Shown here: piece by piece, positions 20,664-31,578 of the stretch
Position numbering within the stretch: the first letter of the stretch is position 1
How the letters are laid out: each line of letters begins with the position of its first letter
Source: Candidatus Binatia bacterium
GTDB lineage: Bacteria > Desulfobacterota > Binatia > UBA9968 > CAXXLF01
NCBI GenBank assembly: GCA_963664015.2
Contig: CAXXLF010000002.1
Span: forward strand, 160,001-224,000
DNA: 64,000 nucleotides
Reading direction: 5' to 3'
Translations under genes and position numbers: made by a program
The notes under the pieces: generated by a model
Seen by the model: only the letters and a program-made list of their open reading frames with translations
Database searches by the model: none
Told to the model about the DNA's origin: nothing

Positions 20664-20834
20664 TGAGTTCAATTCGATGGTGGTATTTCTGACCCTCTTA
20701 AGATTATCCAATGTGGTTGCCAAGGGCAACCCGATCGGGTGTCTTTTTGAATTTGCGCGAGGTATATTTTTGTTATAGCTAAGAGCTTCAGAGACATGAC
20801 ATCGTTCGTCATCGCACCTTCATAAGGAAGAAAG

Positions 20835-22457
20835 ATGAACACACTGGATTGGGGAGTTATTACCGCTTATAGCATATTGATAATCGGGGTGGGTGCTGTT
20901 CTGGGAAGTTCCCAGAAGACAATTAGTGATTACTATCTCGGTGGCAGAACTATCCGTTGGTGGCAGTCGGGACTGTCGACCATGGCGACTCAACTGGGAG
21001 CTGTGAGCTTTGTATCGGCTCCGGCGTTTGTCGTCCTTAAAGAGGGGGGTGGGTTGAAGTGGATTGCATACGAATTCGCTGTCCCCCTGGCCCTTTTACT
21101 GGTCATGATCGTGATCCTTCCCACCTTTCACCGCCGCGGTGTCATTAGTATTTACGAGTACCTTGAGGATCGTTTCGATCAAGGGACGCGGACGCTGGTG
21201 AGCCTTCTCTTCCAGATTGGCAGGGGGCTGGCAACGGCAGTCGCTCTGCTCGCCGGTGGCCTTATCCTTTCGACCGCCCTTGGAATCTCGACGGTTACTG
21301 CCATCATTGCCATCAGCCTCATTACCATAGTCTACGACGTATTGGGTGGAATCAGGGTTGTGATCATCAGCGACGTCATCCAAATGGTCATTATCCTTGC
21401 CGGCGTTCTGGTTTGCGGTGGGGTTGCCCTCTCCATCGTCGGATGGGATAGCGCGTGGTCGGTTCTAGATCCGCAGCGGCTCAAAATACTAGATTTTGAT
21501 CACTGGGGCTCGGATGCGGACGGAACCTATGCTTTTTGGCCAATGGTTATCGGGGGCTTTTTTCTCTACGCGTCGTATTACGGCTGTGACCAGAGTCAGG
21601 TCCAAAGGGAATTGACCGTAGGGAAAATCGATGACGTAAAAAAGTCCCTTTTGCTCAACGCCTTTGGACGGTTTCCCATGGTCTTACTCTACTGTTTAAT
21701 GGGGGTGTTTGTGGGCGCGGTTGTTGCGACTCCTGAATTTTTAGAGCGGGCCGCTCAGATTGTGGGATCGCCCGCTCAGACTGTTGCGCAAACACTACAG
21801 CGAGACCCCGATCGCATGGTCCCTCTTTTTATCCTGGCCTACCTTCCCCATGGGGTGATCGGTTTTATCTTTGTCGCCATTCTCTCCGCGCTCATGTCCA
21901 GTCTCGATTCAGCGTTAAACTCGATGAGTGCGGTAACGATGCGCGATTTTTACCAACGTCGCTGGGTAAAAAATGCCGACGATAGACATTATTTGCTAGT
22001 ATCCAAGGGGATCACGCTGTTCTGGGGTGTTTTCTGCGTTGGTTTTGCCTTACTATTTGCCAGTACCCCCGAGGCGACTCGGCAGACGACGATCGTCCTG
22101 ATCAATGTCATCGGTAGTTTTCTTTACGGCCCCATCCTTGCCGCATTTCTCGTGGGAATGACCACCCATTGGGTGGGTCCGCGGGCAATCAAAGCCGGGA
22201 TTCTAGCAGGAGTCGTCCTCAACCTCTGCTTGTGGCAGTTCACTACAATTTCCTGGGTCTGGTGGAATATGACAGGATTTCTTGTCGCTGTGGCAGTTGC
22301 GGGTTTGATAGGGTTGTGGGATCAGGCGTCCCCAAAACCCGTCCAAGAAGCATCATTAGAACCCAGCAGTATCAACTGGTCAATCGTCTACGTCCTGGTC
22401 GGGGCCTATTTCCTTCTGATCGTAGCTTTTGCGCGGTTTATTGAACGGTCGGGTTAG
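20835..22457 (+). CDS. sodium:solute symporter (SSS family)
   Basis: DYYLGGR, SIYEYLEDRF, DQSQVQR, ALMSSLDSALNS; about 13-14 TM segments. Confidence 0.92.
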   Translation: MNTLDWGVITAYSILIIGVGAVLGSSQKTISDYYLGGRTIRWWQSGLSTMATQLGAVSFVSAPAFVVLKEGGGLKWIAYEFAVPLALLLVMIVILPTFHRRGVISIYEYLEDRFDQGTRTLVSLLFQIGRGLATAVALLAGGLILSTALGISTVTAIIAISLITIVYDVLGGIRVVIISDVIQMVIILAGVLVCGGVALSIVGWDSAWSVLDPQRLKILDFDHWGSDADGTYAFWPMVIGGFFLYASYYGCDQSQVQRELTVGKIDDVKKSLLLNAFGRFPMVLLYCLMGVFVGAVVATPEFLERAAQIVGSPAQTVAQTLQRDPDRMVPLFILAYLPHGVIGFIFVAILSALMSSLDSALNSMSAVTMRDFYQRRWVKNADDRHYLLVSKGITLFWGVFCVGFALLFASTPEATRQTTIVLINVIGSFLYGPILAAFLVGMTTHWVGPRAIKAGILAGVVLNLCLWQFTTISWVWWNMTGFLVAVAVAGLIGLWDQASPKPVQEASLEPSSINWSIVYVLVGAYFLLIVAFARFIERSG

Positions 22458-23910
22458 GAGATGTCCGAATGACGTTCGGTATCCGTAGCTTAGGTTGGGC
22501 GGTGTTTTGCGCCAGGGATTTAAGAAACGTATCGCACCACCAGTTAGCGTCCCGATTTCGGAGGGCGCGTCGCAATCTTTGCATGCGTCTCTTTTTTTCA
22601 CTCTCGTCCATGGTAAGGCAACGGTCTATGGTGTCTGCAAGTCCTTCGATATCGTACGGATTTACGACGATTGCATCTTTGAGGATGCCCGCGGCGCCGG
22701 CAAATTCGCTTAGGACAAGACAACCATCATCGTGTATCCTTGAAGCCACGTATTCCTCTGCCACCAAATTCATGCCGTCTCTTAGCGGCGTAATGAGAGC
22801 CAAATCCGCCGCTGCATAATATTGAGCCAACCTATCCATGGGGTAGGCCCTATAAAGGTAGCGGATGGGGACCCACTTCCCAGTACTGAAACGACCACTG
22901 ATACGCCCAATGATCTCATCGATCTTTTGCCTCAAGGTTCTGTACTCCTGCAGCTGTGTTCGTGAAGGAACGGCAATCTGTATGAAGCAAACATTCTCCC
23001 GGTATTTGGGATACTTTTCGAGAAAACGTTCATAGGCCAGGAGGCGCTCCAGAATCCCCTTGGTATAGTCGAGACGGTCAGCGCCAAGTAAAACATGCTG
23101 GACCCCGACTTCGTTGCGGATCTGCTTTGTCATCTTTTCGCTCGATGTTGTGGAGGCTAACGCGTTCCATTTTACGTAGTCGATCCCAACCGGGAACGCT
23201 CCGACTTTCACCTTGCGGCCTTCATACTCGATTTGGGAGCGGGTTCTGTCTATAGGCAGTTGCAAGACATCTTCAACCGATTGGAGAAAGTTATCCGCGT
23301 GAATCTTTAATTGAAACCCGATCAGGTCACTTCCAAGCATACCCCGCAAGACCTCTTCTCGCCAAGGCAGAACCCGGAATAAAGGTGATGCGGGAAAAGG
23401 GATGTGCCAGAAAAACCCAATGGATAGATTGTGCCTAGCCTCCCTGAGCATGCCGGGCAGCAGGGTCAAATGAAAATCGTGGATCCAAATGCTGCTCTGA
23501 TCGTCGAATTGGGAAATAAAGGTTTTAGCAAACTTGCGATTAACTGTGTCATAAGCCTTCCAGTATTCGTTGTTAAACTGGCACCGCTCGACGAAGTAGT
23601 GGCAGAGAGGCCACATGACACGATTGGAAAATCCCTGATAGTAGTTTCTTACTTCCTGCTCAGTGAGCTGGATGAGACGCATGGAATACTTGGGATCACC
23701 CTCAGGGACACGGATCTCGGCCGACGAACCCAGATCTTCTCCCCAGGCAATCCAGTTGCCGCCCCTTTGGCACATGATCTCATCCAGGACCGAAACTAAG
23801 CCACCTACGGTTCTCTCATATCTAGTGGATCCGGATCTCTTCTTTGGATCGTAGGGTGCGCGATTGGAGATAATGGTTAAAGGGCCGTCTTGGTCTTTTT
23901 TATCTCCCAT
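22438..23910 (-). CDS. otsA: trehalose-6-phosphate synthase (GT20)
   Basis: SNRAP, GGLVS, YYQGFSN, WIHDFHL, HIPFP, DRLDYTKG, DGMNLVA, LSEFAGA. Confidence 0.88.
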   Translation of the reverse strand: MGDKKDQDGPLTIISNRAPYDPKKRSGSTRYERTVGGLVSVLDEIMCQRGGNWIAWGEDLGSSAEIRVPEGDPKYSMRLIQLTEQEVRNYYQGFSNRVMWPLCHYFVERCQFNNEYWKAYDTVNRKFAKTFISQFDDQSSIWIHDFHLTLLPGMLREARHNLSIGFFWHIPFPASPLFRVLPWREEVLRGMLGSDLIGFQLKIHADNFLQSVEDVLQLPIDRTRSQIEYEGRKVKVGAFPVGIDYVKWNALASTTSSEKMTKQIRNEVGVQHVLLGADRLDYTKGILERLLAYERFLEKYPKYRENVCFIQIAVPSRTQLQEYRTLRQKIDEIIGRISGRFSTGKWVPIRYLYRAYPMDRLAQYYAAADLALITPLRDGMNLVAEEYVASRIHDDGCLVLSEFAGAAGILKDAIVVNPYDIEGLADTIDRCLTMDESEKKRRMQRLRRALRNRDANWWCDTFLKSLAQNTAQPKLRIPNVIRTSPNPTVQ

Positions 23911-24080
23911 GGTAAATCGAGTGGCCAGCCAGGTGCCGAATGGCGCACACCTGGGCCGTTCCAAGCATAGGTGGTAAGCCCTGGGGTGTCAACCGGGTTG
24001 CGGACGTTTTTTTTTGCTATTTGGATCTAAACAGGCTATTCAACACAGTTTCAGGTCAACTCATCCGGAGGAGTCGCATC

Positions 24081-25100
24081 ATGGGAGAGCCTACACTACT
24101 GAGCGCGTGCTTATTCTTTGCTATTAGCGCCGGAGTTATTATTATCGCCGGGACGAAGCTTTCGAAATACGGAGACCTCCTGGCTGACATTACGGGCCTG
24201 GGGCGGGTTTGGATTGGCGCACTACTGCTCGCTGGGGCAACCTCTCTGCCGGAAGCCCTTACCTGCATCAGCGCCGTAGCGTGGGTGGATGCCCCGGATC
24301 TTGCATTGGGTAATCTGTTCGGTGCTTGTATGCTCAACATGTTCACACTCGCCCTGGTCGATCTGCTGTATCGTAAGGCAAAGGTCTGGCACGGGGTCTC
24401 TTATTCTCAGATCCTACTGGCGGGCCTGGCCATCTCGCTGGCTGGACTTGTCTCCCTTTTTATCCTTTCGGATGTGGAAACCTTGATCTTTGGGTGGGTT
24501 GGTTGGGATACCCTGGTCATCGGGCTTGTCTACGTCCTTGGAATCCGATTCGTTCTGAATTATGAGATGCAACTGAAAGCCGCCGAAGATTCCGAGCCCA
24601 GTACATACGATGGAAGCGTTTCTCTTTCTCGTGCGATTTTTTTCTTCAGCCTAGCGGCTATTGCCATCCTCCTCGTCGCCCCGCTGCTGGCCAAATCAGC
24701 CAAAACAATCGCCGACGTCACCGGAGTGGGGACCACATTCATCGGAGCCTCCCTGGTAGCATTGGCAACATCTCTCCCTGAGATGGTGACTGCACTGGCG
24801 GCGGTTCGGCTTGGTGCGTACGACCTAGCCGTGGGGAACCTCTTCGGAAGCAATGCCTTCAACATGATGCTCGTTCTTCCAACGGACGTGGCTTACTCGA
24901 AGGGGAGTCTGCTGCAAGCGGTATCCACGACACAAGTGACGGCCGGGCTGTTGGCCATCATACTGATGAGCATCGGTATTATGGGACTTATTTTCCGTAG
25001 GGAAAAGCGCTGGTATTTGTTGGAACCCGATAGCCTCATATTGGCGCTCGCCTATTTTGCCGGGCTATTTATGTTATTCCGCCTGGGAGTCGCTATCTAG
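24081..25100 (+). CDS. sodium/calcium antiporter (CaCA family)
   Basis: Two alpha repeats, ATSLPE...GNLFG; GGAGGA RBS before ATG 24081. Confidence 0.9.
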   Translation: MGEPTLLSACLFFAISAGVIIIAGTKLSKYGDLLADITGLGRVWIGALLLAGATSLPEALTCISAVAWVDAPDLALGNLFGACMLNMFTLALVDLLYRKAKVWHGVSYSQILLAGLAISLAGLVSLFILSDVETLIFGWVGWDTLVIGLVYVLGIRFVLNYEMQLKAAEDSEPSTYDGSVSLSRAIFFFSLAAIAILLVAPLLAKSAKTIADVTGVGTTFIGASLVALATSLPEMVTALAAVRLGAYDLAVGNLFGSNAFNMMLVLPTDVAYSKGSLLQAVSTTQVTAGLLAIILMSIGIMGLIFRREKRWYLLEPDSLILALAYFAGLFMLFRLGVAI

Positions 25101-25176
25101 GTTCATACGGTCAAAGAATAGAGCGTCTCTTATCAAAATGGGTTGATCTTTCCAACCCCCACTATGTAAATAACTT

Positions 25177-26994
25177 CTAGCTCAAACGGATCAAGATCCA
25201 TCCCAGAACGACAAAGACGAGGACAACCATGAGCACCGCCCAACCCAACCGGGGTCGGTACAGATTCTCATTGTAACCCGTTCCTCTTTCAGCAAGCGGC
25301 ACAAATTCACCCGCCCCTCCGTCTCGACCTTTGTGTGTTAAAGGTTTAAGAGCCTGCCCCGTCAGGATATTCCGTGTTCGGAATAGAAACACTTCAAAAT
25401 AATAGTGTGGATCGCTGCTAATGCGTCCCACTGATGCCACGGCTGCAGAAGCCCATCTCTGAGTGGTTCGACCACTTGTGTCGATAATGTCAGTACAAAA
25501 CCGTAAGAAACCAATGCCGAATTTTCTGTACAACCAATCCGTGTCAAGGATGACGACGTCTTCCATGACAAGCTTTTTATAGAGTAAGCGATAGCCCAGG
25601 ATTGTTCCCAGCAGGATGCCCATGGTTCTGATGACGTGATTTGCGGTATAGGGATGATAATCTGTTTGGAACGGGAGGAGGCGGTACAGAAAATCTGGGT
25701 AAATGCCAATGATCACGCACAGTGCGGACATTAACCCCATTGCTAGCAGCATGTTCCATTGGGGATCGCGTGCGTCAACGTTCATGTGCCCCCTAAGGAA
25801 GACTTTGTAGGGAATTTTAACGCCGATGCATAGAAAGGTCCCAACGGATGCTACAAGCAGCAGAATTTCGATAATGGGTTGGTGGTTGAGGGCGGCCCCG
25901 GTAATGATCATGCTTTTACTTATGAACCCGTTAAACAGAGGAACTCCGGAGATTGAGAAGGCTCCTATCATGTAGCACACGAACGTCCACGGCATCTTTT
26001 TGGCCAGTCCGCCCAATTCTGTGAACTTACTTCGGCCGGTTATATGGAGAACGGCACCGGCCGCCATAAAGAGAAGTGCCTTGTAAAGAATGTGACAAAA
26101 AGCATGAGCGGCGCTGCCATTGAGTGCCATCTGGGATCCTAGGCCCACGCCGCACACCATATATCCTACTTGGCTTACGATATGATAGGCCAATAGACGT
26201 CGTATATCGCTAACGACAAAGGCAAAAATAACACCATAAACGGCCATGATCGCGCCCACCCAAACCAGAATCTCTACTCCGGGAAAGGTACGGGCCAGGA
26301 CATAAACACCGGTCTTGGTGGTAAAAGCGGTCATAAAGACACTTCCGGTTACCGTACCTTCCGGATAAGCATCCGTAAGCCATGCGTGAAGCGGGGGAAT
26401 AGCCGAATTGAGTCCGAACCCGAGGAGGATCAGATAGAACCCTAACCCAGGCCCTGGTGTGACAAAGTCCAGAGACCCCGTTTGGCTCCATTGAATCACG
26501 ACTCCTCCCAGAAGTAAGGATCCTCCAGTCATGTGCACCAGAAGGTAGCGAAACCCAACCGCTGTCGATGTCTCCTTTCTCCGCAAAAGGATCAGGAACA
26601 CGGAGGAGATGGCCATGATCTCCCAAAAGATGAAAAGGCTAAAATAATCCCCGCAAAAAACGACCCCGAGGGAACCGCCCACATAGGCCAGGGCCGCCAG
26701 ATGCTCGCCGATTCCTTTTATCTGCAAGGCATAGATAAAAGAGACAAAACTCATGATCACGAAAACAAGGCCAAATAGGAAGCTCAGGCGATCAACACGA
26801 AGCAATACGATCTGTAAACCTGAGTAATCAAGAACAAACTGATCACCGGGTGAAAGAGCAAGCAGATTGAAGAATGCTGCTAGGGGGACGAGCAAAAGGC
26901 ATGCTTGGCGAAGTTTGCCCTTAAAAAGTAGTACAAGGGGTATTCCCAGGAAGTAAATAACCGCGGGAGGAATACCGTCAATCATAATAGTCAT
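25177..26994 (-). CDS. mrpD: Mrp Na+/H+ antiporter subunit D-like (third copy)
   Basis: PPLHAWLTDAYPE, FTTKTGVY, LAYHIVSQVGYM, HILYKALLFM. Confidence 0.88.
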   Translation of the reverse strand: MTIMIDGIPPAVIYFLGIPLVLLFKGKLRQACLLLVPLAAFFNLLALSPGDQFVLDYSGLQIVLLRVDRLSFLFGLVFVIMSFVSFIYALQIKGIGEHLAALAYVGGSLGVVFCGDYFSLFIFWEIMAISSVFLILLRRKETSTAVGFRYLLVHMTGGSLLLGGVVIQWSQTGSLDFVTPGPGLGFYLILLGFGLNSAIPPLHAWLTDAYPEGTVTGSVFMTAFTTKTGVYVLARTFPGVEILVWVGAIMAVYGVIFAFVVSDIRRLLAYHIVSQVGYMVCGVGLGSQMALNGSAAHAFCHILYKALLFMAAGAVLHITGRSKFTELGGLAKKMPWTFVCYMIGAFSISGVPLFNGFISKSMIITGAALNHQPIIEILLLVASVGTFLCIGVKIPYKVFLRGHMNVDARDPQWNMLLAMGLMSALCVIIGIYPDFLYRLLPFQTDYHPYTANHVIRTMGILLGTILGYRLLYKKLVMEDVVILDTDWLYRKFGIGFLRFCTDIIDTSGRTTQRWASAAVASVGRISSDPHYYFEVFLFRTRNILTGQALKPLTHKGRDGGAGEFVPLAERGTGYNENLYRPRLGWAVLMVVLVFVVLGWILIRLS

Positions 26995-27193
26995 CTCCTC
27001 GTTGAAGCCAATGCTTGGCCAAAAGCTTGGAGCATTTAATGATCAAGACGCACGCAACGAGGCCGAGGAGAAAATCGAAGGCGGGCGTTTCGTGCCACCA
27101 GAAAACCGGGTGGTCCCGCTCTGCTATTAAAAAGTCAGCGAGGACGCTTACGGCGATGGCGATGCTTAGGACAATTCCGGCCTTGGTCTTCAT
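26978..27193 (-). CDS. small membrane accessory protein of the Mrp operon
   Basis: Two TM helices; the WLQRGDDYYD C-terminus is typical of this position in such operons. Confidence 0.75.
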   Translation of the reverse strand: MKTKAGIVLSIAIAVSVLADFLIAERDHPVFWWHETPAFDFLLGLVACVLIIKCSKLLAKHWLQRGDDYYD

Positions 27194-27199
27194 TTGGAT

Positions 27200-28684
27200 T
27201 TATCCCATCCCCAAGATGTTTCGTACCGACATTCGAGTCAAGTGAAGAAGACTAATAAAGGCATTGGGGACCAGGCCAAGGACAATAGCCAAGATGGCCG
27301 TAATAGCCAGCGGTACCACCATGAACGGAGAGGCTTCGTCCCTTCCCGTGAATTCCTCCGAGGTTCGGAAAAAAGCTCGAAATACGATCGGAAAGAAATA
27401 GGCAATATTCAAAACTGCGCTCGAAAGGAGGACCACCAGAAACACGGTCTCGTGGGCTTCCAGAGTACCCAAACAGAGGTACCACTTGCTCAAGAAGCCA
27501 CTGACCGGGGGGACCCCCGCCATTCCCAGGGCCCCGATAGTAAATGCTGCCATGGTAATTGGCATTTGTCGCCCGATGCCGTTCATTTGGCTGATATTCT
27601 CTACGCGGGTCTTGGCATAGATGGCTCCTGCCACAAAAAACAGGGTGATCTTCATGAACGCGTGGTTGGAAATGTGGAGGATGGCGCCCGTGAGTGAATT
27701 GGGAGTAACGAGAGCCGCTCCTAAAATGATGTAGGAAAGCTGGCTTATGGTAGAGAATGCGAGACGCCGCTTGAGATTATTCTGAGCGAGAGCAAACATG
27801 GAGGCCACCAGTATGGTAAAGGACGCGAGATAGGCCAAGATAATCCATAGGTCGATCTCTTTGAGGAGATTGGGGCCAAACACGTAGCCAATGATTCTCA
27901 CGCTTCCGAACACGCCGGCTTTGACAACGGCCACGGCGTGCAATAGTGCGCTGACTGGGGTTGGGGCCACCATGGCTGTCGGTAGCCAGGCGTGGATGGG
28001 CATAATGCCGGCTTTAGCCCCGACTCCAAGCATGAAGGTCACGAATAGAATTTGAAGCACCTCTCTGCTCGCATGCCCAGCCAGGAAACCGCCCGGTACG
28101 AAGTCGAGATTGCCCACAAGGTTATAGGTCCAACCGATTGAGAACAGGAGAAACACGCTTGCCGTAAGAAGATAGGCAAGATACTTTCGTCCGGCCATAA
28201 TGGCTTCGGGGGTTTCTTTATGGATAACCAGAGGATAAGTGGAAATGGTGAGCATTTCGAAGAATACGAAAAAGGTCATGAGGTTGCCGGCAAAGGCAAT
28301 GCCCATGGTGGCGGAAAGGCAAAGTGCAAAACTGAAGAAGTATCGGGTCTGGGCGTGCTCTTTCAGACCACGCATGTAACCGATGGAATAAAGGGAGGTC
28401 AGAATCCACAGACCTGATGCTACCAGCGCAAAATAGAGACCGAAGGTATCTACCCGGAGCTGGAGAGGAACACCCGGAAGGATGTCTAAAATAGTGAATT
28501 CCACCACCTTCCCATCCAATACCGTTGGAAGCAATGAGGCCACCAAAGAAAACTTGGTGACCGCAGCCAAAAGTGTCCATAGCTCGCGGACATTGGGGCG
28601 GCGATTCGAGGAAAGTATAAGGAATGCAGCAACCAAAGACACCAGAATGGTGAGGGCGGGTCGGATGGAGTGAACAACTTCCAT
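27200..28684 (-). CDS. mrpD: Mrp antiporter subunit D-like (second copy)
   Basis: HAWLPTAMVAPTPVSALLHAVAVVKAG, LAFSTISQLSY. Confidence 0.9.
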   Translation of the reverse strand: MEVVHSIRPALTILVSLVAAFLILSSNRRPNVRELWTLLAAVTKFSLVASLLPTVLDGKVVEFTILDILPGVPLQLRVDTFGLYFALVASGLWILTSLYSIGYMRGLKEHAQTRYFFSFALCLSATMGIAFAGNLMTFFVFFEMLTISTYPLVIHKETPEAIMAGRKYLAYLLTASVFLLFSIGWTYNLVGNLDFVPGGFLAGHASREVLQILFVTFMLGVGAKAGIMPIHAWLPTAMVAPTPVSALLHAVAVVKAGVFGSVRIIGYVFGPNLLKEIDLWIILAYLASFTILVASMFALAQNNLKRRLAFSTISQLSYIILGAALVTPNSLTGAILHISNHAFMKITLFFVAGAIYAKTRVENISQMNGIGRQMPITMAAFTIGALGMAGVPPVSGFLSKWYLCLGTLEAHETVFLVVLLSSAVLNIAYFFPIVFRAFFRTSEEFTGRDEASPFMVVPLAITAILAIVLGLVPNAFISLLHLTRMSVRNILGMG

Positions 28685-28733
28685 TGGACTATATCTTCTT
28701 CACCTGTTTGATCCGTTCGCCTAAGTAAGGATG

Positions 28734-30227
28734 CTATTGAATTACCTTGGGAACCGCGGCATCGAGAACTGAGGAGACAATTTTCCCGCTAGACAAACCG
28801 ATAACGAGGATCGCAGCTGCCATGATCCATGTTGGTAAAAGCATGCTGATGGGTGCTTCGTTCCGGATTCCACCTGCTAAATGTTCGTTCTCTCCTACAT
28901 GACTTGGCTCAAGGTAGGCTTTCTCGATGACCCGGAAGAAGTAAACCGCATTCAGAAGGCTACTCGCTAAAATAACCACAGTGAGGCCCCACTGATTGGC
29001 CTCAATCGTTCCCAAGAGCAAATACCACTTGCTGAAAAATCCCGCCGTTGGGGGAATCCCGATCATGGAAAGGGCTGCAATCACGAAGGCTGCCATGGTC
29101 CAGGGCATGGTTCGATGCACTCCCCTCAAACGAAAAATATCTCTCATGCCGTGTCGGAACATGAGTGAGCCCGAAACCATGAACAGGCAGCCTTTCATGA
29201 GAGCGTGATTGAGAATGTGTAAATAGGCGCCAATGATGGCCAGCCGGTTACCCAGTGCAATGCCGAGGAAAATGTAGCCTATTTGACTGACGCTCGAGTA
29301 TGCAAGCATCCTCTTGAGGTCCCTCTGGGCGATGGCCATGACCGATCCTACAATGATGGCAATACCAGCCACTACGGATAGGATGGTTCCCACCGGCAAG
29401 AGCTCGAAACTGAAGCGAGGCTCAAAAACGGTAAACATGGTCCGGATGAGCGCGTAGGCGGCAACCTTAGTCATGAGGGGAGCAATGAAGGCGCTCACTG
29501 CAGATGGGGCGTAGGTATAGGCGTCGGGCAGCCAAGTGTGTAGCGGGAACAGGGCAATTTTGATCCCCAACCCTACGGTAATGAAAGCAAACGCGATACG
29601 AATTACCGGGGAGCCGTAGAGCTCGGGCAGAAGACCCCTCAAGTCCGCCATGTTTAATGTACCGGTCATGATGTACAGGTACCCAACGCCAAGAAGGTAA
29701 AGGCTTGCGCCGATAGTTCCCAGGATTACGTAGTTGAACGCGGCCAGCGGAGCTCCGTCCTCACCGATGGCAATCAACGCATAGGCCGTGATGGAAGATA
29801 TCTCCAGAAAGACAAAGAGGTTGAACATGTCTCCCGTGACGAGCATTCCCAAAAGACCCGTGGTTAACAAGAGGTAAAGACAGTAGAAATGGACGAAGCG
29901 GTCAGGGATTTCCTTGAGCAGGCTTCGACGTGAATATATACCGACCAGCAAGGCAATGCCCGAAACAAATGGCAGCATATAGGCGTTGAGGTGATCGATG
30001 ACGATTTCGATCCCCCAAGGGGGCGGCCAACCCCCAAGGGAGTAATGGATGTTGTCTCCACGGAGCACCGTCGCCAGGATGTCCAAGGAACAGACAAAGG
30101 TGGCTCCAAGAGCGGCTATGGTGAGAACAAACGACAACTCTCGTCTGAGCCAAGCCACAAGGGGCACCAGGAACGAACTCATCAAGGGAATGATTATAAT
30201 GAGAATGGGGCTTTGATCCCCGATCAT
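28734..30227 (-). CDS. mrpD: Mrp antiporter subunit D
   Basis: GGWPPPWGIE, GDMFNLFVFLE, PLHTWLPDAY, LAYSSVSQIGY. Confidence 0.92.
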   Translation of the reverse strand: MIGDQSPILIIIIPLMSSFLVPLVAWLRRELSFVLTIAALGATFVCSLDILATVLRGDNIHYSLGGWPPPWGIEIVIDHLNAYMLPFVSGIALLVGIYSRRSLLKEIPDRFVHFYCLYLLLTTGLLGMLVTGDMFNLFVFLEISSITAYALIAIGEDGAPLAAFNYVILGTIGASLYLLGVGYLYIMTGTLNMADLRGLLPELYGSPVIRIAFAFITVGLGIKIALFPLHTWLPDAYTYAPSAVSAFIAPLMTKVAAYALIRTMFTVFEPRFSFELLPVGTILSVVAGIAIIVGSVMAIAQRDLKRMLAYSSVSQIGYIFLGIALGNRLAIIGAYLHILNHALMKGCLFMVSGSLMFRHGMRDIFRLRGVHRTMPWTMAAFVIAALSMIGIPPTAGFFSKWYLLLGTIEANQWGLTVVILASSLLNAVYFFRVIEKAYLEPSHVGENEHLAGGIRNEAPISMLLPTWIMAAAILVIGLSSGKIVSSVLDAAVPKVIQ

Positions 30228-30595
30228 TTACCTGCCTCTAAAATCTCGTTTTCCTCCAGTGTCTTGTACCTGTTGTAGATCATCTTTACGATGGCAAGGG
30301 CCACGCCCGTGGTGCTGACCATGACGACGATGGCCGTCAACATGAGAACGTGGGGTAAGGGGTTGGCATATTTGGAAGGATCCACAGCGGTGTTGAACGC
30401 GTGATTTATGAGAATGGGCACCGTTGCCCCGCTTTTAACCGCAATGGATACAAAATAAAGGATAATGGCCGTCTGGAAAATATTCATCCCGATCAGTTTC
30501 TTGACCAGGTTCTTCTTCCCGATCATGGCGTAAAAACCGATCATCATCATGAGGATATAGATCCAGTAGTTGTAATTGTTAACTAGATATTCCAT
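30224..30595 (-). CDS. mrpC: Mrp antiporter subunit C
   Basis: NLVKKLIG, NPLPHVLMLTAIVV. Confidence 0.92.
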   Translation of the reverse strand: MEYLVNNYNYWIYILMMMIGFYAMIGKKNLVKKLIGMNIFQTAIILYFVSIAVKSGATVPILINHAFNTAVDPSKYANPLPHVLMLTAIVVMVSTTGVALAIVKMIYNRYKTLEENEILEAGK

Positions 30596-31043
30596 CGTCT
30601 TCCTCGGAGGAGGGCTCAGGTTCCAATAAACTGACGAATATGGACACCATCATGGCCATGACTGTAATCCCAACGCCGATTTCAATGCCCAGCATGCCCA
30701 GGTATCTTGCCTTTGCCGGCGTAGTGCTCAGAAAGGCTAAAGCCGAATAATCAAGGTAGTTGCCTCCGAAGATCACGCAGGCCAATCCAATCCCGGAATA
30801 AATGAGTACCCCCATGCTGGCTAGTAGCTCCCTCGACCGCTCTGTCAGCCGCCTCCCTACTTCTTCCCTTCCCAGGGAAATACACAATAGAATGAAGCTG
30901 GCTCCAAAAATGACCCCTCCCTGAAATCCACCTCCCGGGCTGCTGTGGCCATGAAGGATAACGTACAACGCATAAAGCTGCAGGAACGGTACCAGGATGC
31001 GACAAATGGTCGCCACGATAACGCTACGGTACTCAAAAATCAT
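30579..31043 (-). CDS. mrpB: Mrp antiporter subunit B
   Basis: HGHSSPGGGFQGG, EIGVG. Confidence 0.9.
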   Translation of the reverse strand: MIFEYRSVIVATICRILVPFLQLYALYVILHGHSSPGGGFQGGVIFGASFILLCISLGREEVGRRLTERSRELLASMGVLIYSGIGLACVIFGGNYLDYSALAFLSTTPAKARYLGMLGIEIGVGITVMAMMVSIFVSLLEPEPSSEEDDGISS

Positions 31044-31315
31044 CGTCGTTTTTTTCGAGCCAGGAGAAAGAGACAGGCGATGCCGGCACTAAAGATCACC
31101 GTGACTTCACCCAGCGTATCAAAACCCCGGTAGTCTGCCAGAACCGCGGTCACGACATTCGGAGTATTGGTTTCTTCCATGGATTTTTCCAGGTAGCGTG
31201 GCGAGACGTGCCGGCTGGCAGGCGACTTGGGGTCTCCCCACCCGGGCATGTCACCGGTGCTATAAATCAGCAATGCCCCCATCAAGACCGATACGAGAAG
31301 CGCAAAAAGCTTCAA
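31040..31315 (-). CDS. MbhE-like Mrp fragment subunit
   Basis: PNVVTAVLADYRGFDTLGE motif. Confidence 0.85.
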   Translation of the reverse strand: MKLFALLVSVLMGALLIYSTGDMPGWGDPKSPASRHVSPRYLEKSMEETNTPNVVTAVLADYRGFDTLGEVTVIFSAGIACLFLLARKKRR

Positions 31316-31578
31316 TCCTTAGACCTCCGATTCGTGGTCGCAATGGTCGTGATAAATAGAACTGTGGATATTCCAGCACCGACTGCGGCCTCAGTGAATG
31401 AAACATCCACTGCAGCCATCTCAGCCCACAAAAGGGCCATAAAAAAGCTATAGGCACTCAGTATCATGACCGAACTGGCGAGGTCCTTGACCGTAACGGC
31501 CGCCAAGGCGCAGATGACCACGAAAATCAGGAGAATAAAATCGAGCTGCCAAATCACTTCTTTGGCCCCACTTTCCAC
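31312..31578 (-). CDS. DUF4040/MbhD-like Mrp fragment subunit
   Basis: AVDVSFTEAAVGAG motif. Confidence 0.85.
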   Translation of the reverse strand: MESGAKEVIWQLDFILLIFVVICALAAVTVKDLASSVMILSAYSFFMALLWAEMAAVDVSFTEAAVGAGISTVLFITTIATTNRRSKD

